In this document: positions 9,026 through 17,503 of the stretch, in pieces
How positions within the stretch are numbered: the first letter of the stretch is position 1
Layout: each line of letters opens with the position of its first letter
Source of the DNA: Lachnospiraceae bacterium
Lineage (GTDB): Bacteria > Bacillota > Clostridia > Lachnospirales > Lachnospiraceae
Direction: 5' to 3'
DNA length: 47,936 nt
NCBI GenBank assembly: GCA_016282435.1
Contig: JAEEKN010000380.1
Span: forward strand, 1 to 47,936
Notes under the pieces: model-generated
Seen by the model: the letters and a program-made list of their open reading frames with translations, nothing else
Databases searched by the model: none
Told to the model about the DNA's origin: nothing
Program-made: the position numbers and the translations under genes

Positions 9026-11398
9026 TTAATCTTTCGATAGAAGCTTTTTAGCACAGCGCTCGGCTGCATGCCCGTCTTCAAGCGAGCAGTATTTTTGGTA
9101 AAATACTTCGTATTTATCGGCGAAACGCGCCTGTATATCGTCGATGTTCTTGATTGCTGTTATGACTTCCTCGGTCGTATACAGCATGGGACCGGGAACT
9201 TCATCTTCCATATTCATGTAAAATCCGTGCAGGATATCCCTGTATTTTTCGAGGTCATAGGTGTAGAAGAGCATGGGGCGCTTCAGACCTCCGAAATCAA
9301 AGAATACAGAAGAATAGTCAGTGATCAGAATGTCCGATATGAGATAAAGCTCGGCGATATCATCGTAACGGCTAACGTTAACCGCAAACCCGCCGTAGGC
9401 CTTTGTATCTATGGAGTCGGCTATAAAATAGTGAGTCCGCAGCAGCACTATAAATTCGTCTCCGAGCTCTTTCTTCATCATGTCGAGGTTGAGCTTGAGT
9501 TCGAACTTGTACTGACCGTGCCCGTAAAATTCATCATCACGCCATGTGGGAGCGTAGAGGATGACCTTCTTGTCCGAAGGAATCTTTAATCCGGCTTTGA
9601 TAGCGGGTACCATAGCCTTTCCTTCTTCGGAGTGCAGGATGTCGTTCCTGGGATATCCGTATTCCAGCATTTTTTCCTTGTCATACAGGAAACATGTACT
9701 GAAACAGTTCGAAGAGAACTCGTTCGGGGACAGGAGATAATCCCAGTTCTTGGTGGCTTTGTTGATCTTTTTCTTGTTGTTCGGTGCGGCTCCGAATACA
9801 TCTTTCAAGTCAAATCCCAGACGTTTCAGGGGAGTACCGTGCCAGCATTCGAAGAAGATCATGCCTTTTCTGTGCTTGAACCATTCGGGCTGTTTTACAT
9901 TGAATACAAAATATTTGCTGGTGGCAAGATAATATCTGTACTTAATGGAGAGTCGCTTTACTATCTTACCTCCGTAGGGAAGCTTTCTCTTTTTGTCAAG
10001 TACCCAGACGAAGTTGTATTGTCCGGGATAGTTTTTCCCGATGTATTCATAAATATATTTGGGTGAATCGGAATAACCCTTCCCGAAGAATGTTTCGAAC
10101 ATGATGGTGTTCTCCTGAATGGGCTTATCCTTTATGTACTTGTTATACATGTGTCTGGAAATTACTCTTTTACCCTTCAGGATCTTACGGATCTTCTTAC
10201 GGGCGAGCCTCCATTTGATGACCTTTATGCTTTTTTCGAGATCCTTTTCCCTGACTGCTCGTACGCCCCTTCTTCTCCAATGGTCCTCGAGTTTCAAGGT
10301 ATCCTTTTTTATCTCTTGTGAGAGCTTGGACATGGTCTCGAAACGGGTGGTACGCCATCTGTCTGCTTCGCTTCGCTTAACCTTTTTTAAGAAATATCCT
10401 GAACAGTAAAATGCTATCTGATGCTCGACAGCGGTACGGACCTGTCCCTCGGTGCCGGAGATTTCGAGCATTTTGTAAAATGTATCGACCATCTCGTCAA
10501 AACGGTTCTCATCCTGTATCTGGGTGAGAGCGGGATGGTTTACAATGTCGGCATGTTTTCTTTTTATGTAATGAGCAAAGAAACGCTTCCTGATGTGCAG
10601 GGTCTCGTCATTTAAGAGAGCTGTAAGGAAAGGAGCGTCCGAATAGTATTTTAAGGATTCGTCAAATCTTAAATGCTTTTCCTCGATTTTACTTCTTCTG
10701 ATGAGGATGTGAAGGATCGATATGTTACGGAAACGCTTTTTCTTGTAGATGAGCCTTCTGACTGCCTTACGGAGAGCTTTTGCGCGGTGAAGTGTTTCAG
10801 CCTCGATCTCCTCAGGAGACAGAGCATTCCCGGATTCGGGATCGTAATCCCCTTCTTCGGCAGAAGAATCACTGTCATCATCGCCTTCTCCGTTTTCGGA
10901 ATCTTCTGATTCGTCATCATCATTTTCCTCGGAGTCGCTGTCTGTTCCGCCTTCTCCGTCTTCCTCCATACGGAGGGCTATGAGGGCTTCACGTTTTTCG
11001 ATATAGATGGGAAGAAATACGTCCCTGCGGAAATACGTGAAATGCTTTTTCCCGTAGACCATGTCCTCGTTTGTCTCATCTGCGGCTTCAACAAGTGTTC
11101 TTATGGCATCCTGAAAGATGTAATCATCGGCATCGAGGAAATATACAAATTCACCCGTAGCGTGATCAAGACCGACGTTCCTAGCTGCAGCAACGCCGGT
11201 CTTGTTATCTTCAAGTGTAAAGACACGAATAGGGAGCCTATCTTCATAGGCTCCTGTTATAGTCTGTAGGTCTCCTTCATAATGGTCGTTTATGAGAAGT
11301 ATCTCATAGTCGTTGTATTCCTGTTCGGCCAGACTGTTTAAACAGTCCCGAAGGTAGTCGTCCCCTTTATTAAACGGGATAATTACGCTTACTCTCAT
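9026..11398 (-). CDS. Bifunctional GT2 glycosyltransferase / TagF-type CDP-glycerol glycerophosphotransferase
   Basis: N-terminal GT-A blocks: VSVIIPFNKGDDYLRDCLNSLAEQ and FLDADDY. A ~47-aa Asp/Glu/Ser run follows residue ~143. The C-terminal ~360 aa carry TagF/TarF blocks: SPKYIYEY, YAPTWRDDE, ITDYSSVFFDF. Confidence 0.8.
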   Translation of the reverse strand: MRVSVIIPFNKGDDYLRDCLNSLAEQEYNDYEILLINDHYEGDLQTITGAYEDRLPIRVFTLEDNKTGVAAARNVGLDHATGEFVYFLDADDYIFQDAIRTLVEAADETNEDMVYGKKHFTYFRRDVFLPIYIEKREALIALRMEEDGEGGTDSDSEENDDDESEDSENGEGDDDSDSSAEEGDYDPESGNALSPEEIEAETLHRAKALRKAVRRLIYKKKRFRNISILHILIRRSKIEEKHLRFDESLKYYSDAPFLTALLNDETLHIRKRFFAHYIKRKHADIVNHPALTQIQDENRFDEMVDTFYKMLEISGTEGQVRTAVEHQIAFYCSGYFLKKVKRSEADRWRTTRFETMSKLSQEIKKDTLKLEDHWRRRGVRAVREKDLEKSIKVIKWRLARKKIRKILKGKRVISRHMYNKYIKDKPIQENTIMFETFFGKGYSDSPKYIYEYIGKNYPGQYNFVWVLDKKRKLPYGGKIVKRLSIKYRYYLATSKYFVFNVKQPEWFKHRKGMIFFECWHGTPLKRLGFDLKDVFGAAPNNKKKINKATKNWDYLLSPNEFSSNCFSTCFLYDKEKMLEYGYPRNDILHSEEGKAMVPAIKAGLKIPSDKKVILYAPTWRDDEFYGHGQYKFELKLNLDMMKKELGDEFIVLLRTHYFIADSIDTKAYGGFAVNVSRYDDIAELYLISDILITDYSSVFFDFGGLKRPMLFYTYDLEKYRDILHGFYMNMEDEVPGPMLYTTEEVITAIKNIDDIQARFADKYEVFYQKYCSLEDGHAAERCAKKLLSKD

Positions 11399-11407
11399 GT
11401 TTGTCTC

Positions 11408-11947
11408 TCATTCTAAATAGTATTGGGCAACCTGTGCGCTTGAGTCACCGTATACAATCTCCGCGAAACGCTTTCCTGCGGCATCAAGTGTCTCAGAGTC
11501 ACAGGTGATGTTGAAAAGTCTTGAAATCTTGACCAGAGTACGGGGTGAAACGGCACGTCCCCATGAAGATCCTTCGGATACATAATTCTTGCTGACAAGA
11601 CTGTCGGGGAATATGGGATATTTCGCTCCTGTGGAATTATCTATACAGAAAAGCTTTACGATGCCGTCTGCGTCAATACTGTGTTCAAGTGCACAGACCG
11701 AGGTGTTCACGGTGCTGCCGCCCTCATCCTTGATATATATGCTTTCGGGCTGTGCATCCGAGAAATCGAGCGGAGCATCCTTGCCCAGGAAAATTCCGCG
11801 TTTGTTGTTAAACTTTATGAGCTCTACCAGTTTATCGATGCTTCCCTGGGGAAGAACCGTTCCGATAGGGGTGCTGTCGTGACTTTCAAGGAATTTTATA
11901 AGGGTATCGATTTCGTTCTGTGATAGTAATGTTTTGTTTTCAGGCAT
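11408..11947 (-). CDS. Hypothetical protein with a FliM/FliY-like N-terminal LSQxEIDxL peptide
   Basis: ATG at 11947 lies 8 nt after AGGAGG; the track start at 11956 is a GTG inside the RBS spacer. N-terminus is MPENKTLLSQNEIDTLIKFL. No other recognisable motif. First gene of the minus-strand wall-polymer operon. Confidence 0.6.
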   Translation of the reverse strand: MPENKTLLSQNEIDTLIKFLESHDSTPIGTVLPQGSIDKLVELIKFNNKRGIFLGKDAPLDFSDAQPESIYIKDEGGSTVNTSVCALEHSIDADGIVKLFCIDNSTGAKYPIFPDSLVSKNYVSEGSSWGRAVSPRTLVKISRLFNITCDSETLDAAGKRFAEIVYGDSSAQVAQYYLE

Positions 11948-11986
11948 AATAAGCACCTCCTAAAGTAAGTTTCTTATTAATATAAT

Positions 11987-12015
11987 AGTATAGCTATCTA
12001 ATCACGATGTGTCAA
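11987..12015 (-). promoter_or_regulatory. Promoter of the minus-strand wall-polymer operon
   Basis: Minus strand has TTGACA (12015-12010), a 17-nt spacer and TATACT (11992-11987). Confidence 0.55.
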
Positions 12016-12053
12016 GATTTTTCAAATGAATATGATAAAAGTTAATAAAAAAC

Positions 12054-12082
12054 TTGAAATTTTTTTAAATTCCATATATACT
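12054..12082 (+). promoter_or_regulatory. Promoter of tgt-yajC
   Basis: TTGAAA (12054-12059), 17-nt spacer, TATACT (12077-12082). Divergent from the promoter above. Confidence 0.55.
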
Positions 12083-12115
12083 AAATAGATAGGGCACATT
12101 AGAACGGAGGATCAA

Positions 12116-13255
12116 GTGTATAAGATTATAGCAAAAGACGGCAGGGCAAAACGCGGGGAGTTCACCACCGTGCACGGAACCGTGCAGACGCCTGTGTTCA
12201 TGAACGTAGGAACTGCAGCCGCCATAAAGGGAGCGGTATCAACAGAAGACCTGAAAGTCATAGGGACTCAGATAGAGCTTTCGAATACTTATCATCTTCA
12301 TGTCCGTCCCGGGGACGAAGTGATAAAGAAGATGGGCGGACTTCACCGGTTCATGAACTGGGACAGGCCGATACTTACGGATTCGGGCGGATTTCAGGTT
12401 TTTTCGCTGGCAAAGCTTAGAAAAATAAAAGAAGAGGGAGTATCTTTCAACTCCCACATCGACGGCAGGAAGATATTCATGGGCCCCGAAGAGAGCATAC
12501 AGATCCAGTCGAATCTCGGCTCGACCATAGCCATGGCATTTGATGAGTGTCCTTCTAGTGTTGCCGAAAAGGAATACATAAAGAATTCCGTGGACAGGAC
12601 CACCAGATGGCTGGAAAGATGTATCAAAAAGATGAATGAGCTGAACGCTCTCGATGATACGGTGAATAAGAACCAGCTCCTGTTCGGTATAAATCAGGGC
12701 GGCATATACGAAGATATTCGTATAGAGCATGCCAGACGCATCAGGGAGTTCGATCTTCCGGGGTACGCCATAGGCGGACTCGCGGTAGGAGAAGAACATT
12801 CGGAGATGTACCGTGTCCTTGACGCTGTAGTACCGGAGCTTCCTTCGGATAAACCGGTATATCTCATGGGAGTAGGTACTCCGGAGAATATTCTGGAAGC
12901 TGTGGACAGAGGAGTAGACTTCTTTGACTGTGTGTATCCGTCAAGAAACGGAAGACATGGACATGCATATACTTCCTTTGGTAAGATAAATCTCTTAAAC
13001 GCACGTTTTGAGACAGATGACAGGCCCATAGAAGAGGGCTGTGGATGTCCGGTCTGCAGAAACCACTCGCGCGCGTATATCAGGCATCTCTTAAAGGCCG
13101 GTGAAATGCTGGGGATGCGATTTATGGTGACACATAATCTGTACTTCTACAACAACCTGATGACAGAGATACGTCAGGCGATTGAAGAAGGAAGATTTAG
13201 TGAATATAAAAAAGAAAAAATCAAAGGCTTCCGAGAGGGAGAACAGTCCCTGTGA
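12116..13255 (+). CDS. tgt: Queuine tRNA-ribosyltransferase
   Basis: GTG start 5 nt after GGAGG. Diagnostic blocks: TPVFMNVGT, LTDSGGFQV, LMGVGTPE, and the zinc site CGCPVCRNHSRAYIRHL. Confidence 0.95.
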   Translation: MYKIIAKDGRAKRGEFTTVHGTVQTPVFMNVGTAAAIKGAVSTEDLKVIGTQIELSNTYHLHVRPGDEVIKKMGGLHRFMNWDRPILTDSGGFQVFSLAKLRKIKEEGVSFNSHIDGRKIFMGPEESIQIQSNLGSTIAMAFDECPSSVAEKEYIKNSVDRTTRWLERCIKKMNELNALDDTVNKNQLLFGINQGGIYEDIRIEHARRIREFDLPGYAIGGLAVGEEHSEMYRVLDAVVPELPSDKPVYLMGVGTPENILEAVDRGVDFFDCVYPSRNGRHGHAYTSFGKINLLNARFETDDRPIEEGCGCPVCRNHSRAYIRHLLKAGEMLGMRFMVTHNLYFYNNLMTEIRQAIEEGRFSEYKKEKIKGFREGEQSL

Positions 13256-13291
13256 TCCATAGGGAAAAATCAAAAGAAAGAGGAAAAAGAA

Positions 13292-13633
13292 ATGTTTAAG
13301 ATGTTTTTGACAGAAGCAGCAGGCGAAACCAGCGGATTGGGCGGAATGATAGTCCCTATTATATATCTTGCAATAATAGGTCTTGTATTTTATTTCGTAA
13401 TCTTCAGACCCCAGAAAAAAGAGCAGAAGAAGATGGATGCCATGATCTCAGCTCTTGAGATCGGGGACAGCGTACTTACTACAAGCGGTTTTTACGGAGT
13501 AGTCATCGATGTAATGGATGAAGTTATCATCGTAGAGTTCGGCAGCAACAAAAACTGCCGTATCCCCATGAAGAAGACAGCTATAGTTGAGGTTGAAAAG
13601 CCCGGAAGTGCAGAGGCTGAAGAGACAAAATAA
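13292..13633 (+). CDS. yajC: Preprotein translocase subunit YajC
   Basis: Single TM helix followed by FRPQKKEQKK and GDSVLTTSGFYGVVIDV. Canonical position after tgt. Confidence 0.9.
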   Translation: MFKMFLTEAAGETSGLGGMIVPIIYLAIIGLVFYFVIFRPQKKEQKKMDAMISALEIGDSVLTTSGFYGVVIDVMDEVIIVEFGSNKNCRIPMKKTAIVEVEKPGSAEAEETK

Positions 13634-13653
13634 TTTTTTGGCGGAGGTAGGGT

Positions 13654-14550
13654 ATGGTTAATCAGCTATTCGGTAACTATCTCGTAAAAAGAGGATTGCT
13701 GACAAAAAATCAGCTGGAACAGGCTTTTGATACCCAGAGAAAGGTCAGGGTAAAGCTGGGGCTGATCGCGGTTACGGAAAAACTTATGACATTGGAGCAG
13801 TCTGAAGAAGTAAACGGACTTCAGGCTGTCATGGACAAAAAATTCGGGGACATTGCTGTTGAAAAAGGATACCTTACCTACGAACAGGTAAAAAGACTTC
13901 TGGGACTTCAGGGTAATCAGTATCTTACATTTGCGCAGGCTGTTACCGATTGCGGGTTTATGTCTCTGCGCGAACTTGAATATGCATTTGCGGATTATAA
14001 AAGAGAGCTTGCGTTCACTACCACCGATATGGAAGCTCTGAAATCAGGCGATTCTGACAGGATAGTACCTCTTTTCCTTCCGGATGACGTGGAGGATCTC
14101 AGGAAAGAGCTTATACTGGTTGCTGTGAGAACTTTGCTTCGACTGATAGACAGCGATGCCTATATAGGAAAGGCGGAGTGGCTTCCGAAGACATTTGCCA
14201 GAGGCATAGCTTTCCAGTGCCTTGTCGGTGAAGTCGGAAATAACGGCAAGATGGCACTTGGAATTATCGGTCACGATCCTGCTATACTTAGTATTGCGGG
14301 GACTTTTGCCAAGGACGAATTTGAAAGGATAGATCTTGACTGCCTTGATGCCATAGCGGAACTTATAAATTGTATCAACGGAATGTTTGCTACAGGACTG
14401 GCTTCCAGAGCAACTCTTGATATGCTGCCTCCCATATACAGGGAAGAAAATGTTACTGTTACGGGAGAGAGGCTTCTGGCACTTCCTATATATATAAACG
14501 GAAGTGAGATAGAGCTGCTTACAACATTTGACAGCATGATTAACGTATAA
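13654..14550 (+). CDS. CheX-like CheY-P phosphatase domain protein with N-terminal MshEN/GspE-N-like repeats
   Basis: GGAGG lies 6 nt before the ATG. Residues 5-115 are four 24-residue units spaced by 5 residues: LFGNYLVKRGLLTKNQLEQAFDTQ, KLGLIAVTEKLMTLEQSEEVNGLQ, KFGDIAVEKGYLTYEQVKRLLGLQ, TFAQAVTDCGFMSLRELEYAFADY. The C-terminal half has the CheC/CheX active-site pattern D-x3-E-x2-N (DAIAELIN, nt 14347-14370), followed about 20 residues later by PP. Confidence 0.65.
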   Translation: MVNQLFGNYLVKRGLLTKNQLEQAFDTQRKVRVKLGLIAVTEKLMTLEQSEEVNGLQAVMDKKFGDIAVEKGYLTYEQVKRLLGLQGNQYLTFAQAVTDCGFMSLRELEYAFADYKRELAFTTTDMEALKSGDSDRIVPLFLPDDVEDLRKELILVAVRTLLRLIDSDAYIGKAEWLPKTFARGIAFQCLVGEVGNNGKMALGIIGHDPAILSIAGTFAKDEFERIDLDCLDAIAELINCINGMFATGLASRATLDMLPPIYREENVTVTGERLLALPIYINGSEIELLTTFDSMINV

Positions 14551-14566
14551 GGAAGAGGTGGCAGAT

Positions 14567-14923
14567 ATGAGCAAAATACTTATAATTGACGATTCCAGAA
14601 CATCCAGAAGAATCCTGCGAAACATATTGGAAGAAGCCGGTCATGAAGTGATAGCCGAGGCTACCGACGGTCAGGACGGCATCAACAAGTACAGGGAACT
14701 GAGACCCGATATAGTGACACTGGATATCACCATGCCGGTTATGGACGGACTTACCGCACTGAAAGGTATCAGAGAGGTTGATGAGAAGGCCAGAGTCATA
14801 ATGGTTACGGCAGCAGGACAGCAGAACAAAATGATAGAGGCCATCAAGCAGGGGGCTTCGGAATTTGTGACCAAGCCTTTTGAAAAGGAAGAAATTATCA
14901 AGATGGTCAACAAAGTGGTATAA
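14567..14923 (+). CDS. CheY-like single-domain response regulator
   Basis: ATG at 14567 lies 8 nt after GGAAGAGG. Receiver motifs: ILIIDDS, phospho-acceptor in IVTLDITMP, VIMVTA, and KQGASEFVTKPF. No output domain. Confidence 0.88.
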   Translation: MSKILIIDDSRTSRRILRNILEEAGHEVIAEATDGQDGINKYRELRPDIVTLDITMPVMDGLTALKGIREVDEKARVIMVTAAGQQNKMIEAIKQGASEFVTKPFEKEEIIKMVNKVV

Positions 14924-14967
14924 AGCAGCTTAATTTCTATATTTGTATATATAAATGTATTGGGAAA

Positions 14968-15000
14968 TTATCGGCAGGTCGTCTTGCCGGTAATTTTTTT
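14968..15000 (+). terminator. Rho-independent terminator after the CheY-like gene
   Basis: ATCGGCAGG-TCGT-CTTGCCGGT hairpin followed by AATTTTTTT. Confidence 0.7.
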
Positions 15001-15010
15001 AAAAAAGTAC

Positions 15011-15039
15011 TTGACAAAGAAGTGTAATAGGTGTATATA
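15011..15039 (+). promoter_or_regulatory. Promoter of the small-ORF/natAB-like/ogg unit
   Basis: TTGACA (15011-15016), 17-nt spacer, TATATA (15034-15039). Confidence 0.6.
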
Positions 15040-15071
15040 TAACACATAAACAGTTTTTGAGGAGGCGCGAT

Positions 15072-15296
15072 ATGAATATTTCGGCAATATGGAAACTGAA
15101 AGGAGCATGGGATAAATTCACTGCAAATCATCCGAAGTTCCCGCTTTTTCTGGAAGCCATGCAGAGGAAGGGCATAGCGGAAGGAACGATCATAGCGGTT
15201 TCATTTACGGACACCGAAGGGAAGACCATTGAGACAAATATCAAGGTGACTGCATCCGATATTGAACTTTATGAGTCCCTGAAAGATCTGAGGTAA
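15072..15296 (+). CDS. Small hypothetical protein (74 aa)
   Basis: ATG at 15072 lies 7 nt after GGAGG. The ORF-track start at 15057 falls inside the RBS. No recognisable motif. Confidence 0.55.
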   Translation: MNISAIWKLKGAWDKFTANHPKFPLFLEAMQRKGIAEGTIIAVSFTDTEGKTIETNIKVTASDIELYESLKDLR

Positions 15297-15384
15297 CAGG
15301 AATCATCCGTTTATACCAAAGTATGGACGGTCAAACAGGTCTTGCATCTTTGCAAGCCTATATATGATACAGGAGGAAGAGAAC

Positions 15385-16164
15385 GTGATACAGATTAATG
15401 AACTTACCAAAATTTATAAGCTGAATGCAAGAAAAATGCAGGAGCTTAAAACAAAGGAGAACAAAAAAGTAGCGGTAAACAATATTTCGCTTGAAGCCAG
15501 ACCCGGTGAGATTTATGGACTTTTAGGACCCAACGGTGCAGGCAAGACCACCACTTTAAGATGCGTCGCAACACTGCTGAAGCCTACCAAGGGAAACATC
15601 AAGGTTTGCGGCTTTGACACTCAGAAGGAAGGACGGAAGGTTCGTGACAGTATAGCATTCCTTACGAATGAGATAAAGCTCGATCCGAACTTTTCGGCTG
15701 ACTATATGTTCAAATTTTTCGGAAGACTCCACGGTATGAGCGAGGAAAGGATCGTGGCACGTCAGGAAGAGCTTTTCGGAGTATTTGGCATAAACAATTT
15801 TAAGAATAAAAAAATAGAAGAACTTTCAACAGGTATGAAGCAGAAGGCAGCCATCGCGGTAAGCCTTGTACACGATCCCAAGGTTGTTATATTTGATGAG
15901 CCCACATCGGGACTTGATATCGTAACAGCCAGAAGCGTTACCGATTATCTGAAGTATCTGAGAGATTCGGGCAAGACCGTTATAGTATCCACCCATATCA
16001 TGAGCGAGGCTGAGAAACTCAGTAATCGTATCGGTGTCATCATCGGCGGACAGAAGGTAGAGGAAGGTACTCTTTCCGAGATCCTGGAGAAGAACCAGGC
16101 TGTGGATCTGGAGGATGCATTCTTCAAGTTATACAGTAAGTACAGTCCTGAGAATAATCAGTAA
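15385..16164 (+). CDS. ABC transporter ATP-binding protein (NatA-like)
   Basis: Walker A GPNGAGKTTT, signature LSTGMKQKA, Walker B VVIFDEPTSGLD. The GTG at 15385 lies 8 nt after GGAGG (15372-15376); the ATG at 15364 is an alternative start. Confidence 0.88.
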   Translation: MIQINELTKIYKLNARKMQELKTKENKKVAVNNISLEARPGEIYGLLGPNGAGKTTTLRCVATLLKPTKGNIKVCGFDTQKEGRKVRDSIAFLTNEIKLDPNFSADYMFKFFGRLHGMSEERIVARQEELFGVFGINNFKNKKIEELSTGMKQKAAIAVSLVHDPKVVIFDEPTSGLDIVTARSVTDYLKYLRDSGKTVIVSTHIMSEAEKLSNRIGVIIGGQKVEEGTLSEILEKNQAVDLEDAFFKLYSKYSPENNQ

Positions 16165-16250
16165 ATATAATATGGTTGAATAACCGGGCATAAAAACCAA
16201 CACAGGTTTAAGGATCAGGTTTTTATATGCGGGAAAATATGGAGGAAAAA

Positions 16251-17489
16251 ATGAGCGGAATGTCGATTATTATAAAAAAGGAATTAAAAAGAGTATTCGG
16301 AGATAAAAAGCTGGTATTCAGCATGTTTATCCTTCCGGCTATCATAATGATAGTTCTGTACGGTCTTATGGGCTTCATGATGGGAGCCATGAACAGTGAT
16401 ATAGAGGAACATATAAATAAGGTATATATTGTAAATGCCGACGAAAAACTTAAAAATGCCATAACCGCCAGTGATTTTGTCAAGACTTCGGATATTACAT
16501 ATCTTAACGAGGCTGATTACAGAAAAGATGAGCAGAAATTACGTGATGAAATCTTAAACGGTGATTCGCAGCTTATTGTATATATGGAAGAGGACTTTGG
16601 AACAAAGTTTGCTAATTACACCGACAAGAATTCACCTGTACCTCAGATGAAGGTATCATATAACACTACCGAGAATTACTCGAACAATACTTACGGAATG
16701 TTTACTTCAAAAGTTCTTGAAGTTTACAGAACAGATCTCTTAAAGGAACGTATCGGAAGTCTTGAAATGCTTAATGTTTTCGAGATGAAAGATGATATTA
16801 TTGAAAAAGAAGAAAAAGCAAAGTCACGTTTTATATCGATGATGCTTCCTTACATGATCGTCATCATGCTCTTTGCCGGAGCTATGGGCGTTGGTGTTGA
16901 TGCTATGGCGGGAGAAAAAGAAAGAGGAACTCTGGCAAGCATGCTTCTTTCACCCATAAAGAGAACATCTATCGCAGGCGGTAAGATTGTGGCCATGATG
17001 ATACTCAGCGGTCTTTCTGCTGTAGTCTATGTAGTATCCATGATGATAGCTATGCCTGTTATGAGCACACTCGGCGGAAGTCAGACCGAACTTTCCGAAG
17101 GACTTGGCGGACTGTCACTTGATGCGGTTCAGGGATTACAGCTCGGTGCCATAATGATTGCACTTGTATTCCTTTTCGTATCGATCATCTCATTCCTTGC
17201 CATCAGGGCAAAAGATACAAAAGCAGCTTCATCAATGATCTCACCCGTTTATATCGTGGTAATGGTAGCAGGTATGCTTACAATGTTTATGTCAGGCAAG
17301 GATGTTCCGGTATACAGATACTTTATCCCTGTATACGGCAATGCTGTAGCGATCAAGGATCTGTGCAACGGCGAACTTTTAGCTGCCAATTTCCTGGCTT
17401 CGCTCGCAGGAACCGTGATTGTTGCTATAATCCTTACATTGGGAATTGCTAAATCCTTTGATGATGAAAAGATCATGTTTAACGCATAA
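16251..17489 (+). CDS. ABC-2 type permease (NatB-like)
   Basis: N-terminal TM helix, a large extracytoplasmic loop, then five C-terminal TM helices, as in NatB/ABC-2 permeases. The ATG at 16251 follows GGAGGA. In-frame ATGs at 16227 and 16239 are alternatives. Confidence 0.8.
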   Translation: MSGMSIIIKKELKRVFGDKKLVFSMFILPAIIMIVLYGLMGFMMGAMNSDIEEHINKVYIVNADEKLKNAITASDFVKTSDITYLNEADYRKDEQKLRDEILNGDSQLIVYMEEDFGTKFANYTDKNSPVPQMKVSYNTTENYSNNTYGMFTSKVLEVYRTDLLKERIGSLEMLNVFEMKDDIIEKEEKAKSRFISMMLPYMIVIMLFAGAMGVGVDAMAGEKERGTLASMLLSPIKRTSIAGGKIVAMMILSGLSAVVYVVSMMIAMPVMSTLGGSQTELSEGLGGLSLDAVQGLQLGAIMIALVFLFVSIISFLAIRAKDTKAASSMISPVYIVVMVAGMLTMFMSGKDVPVYRYFIPVYGNAVAIKDLCNGELLAANFLASLAGTVIVAIILTLGIAKSFDDEKIMFNA

Positions 17490-17503
17490 GGAAAGATAGG
17501 GAA

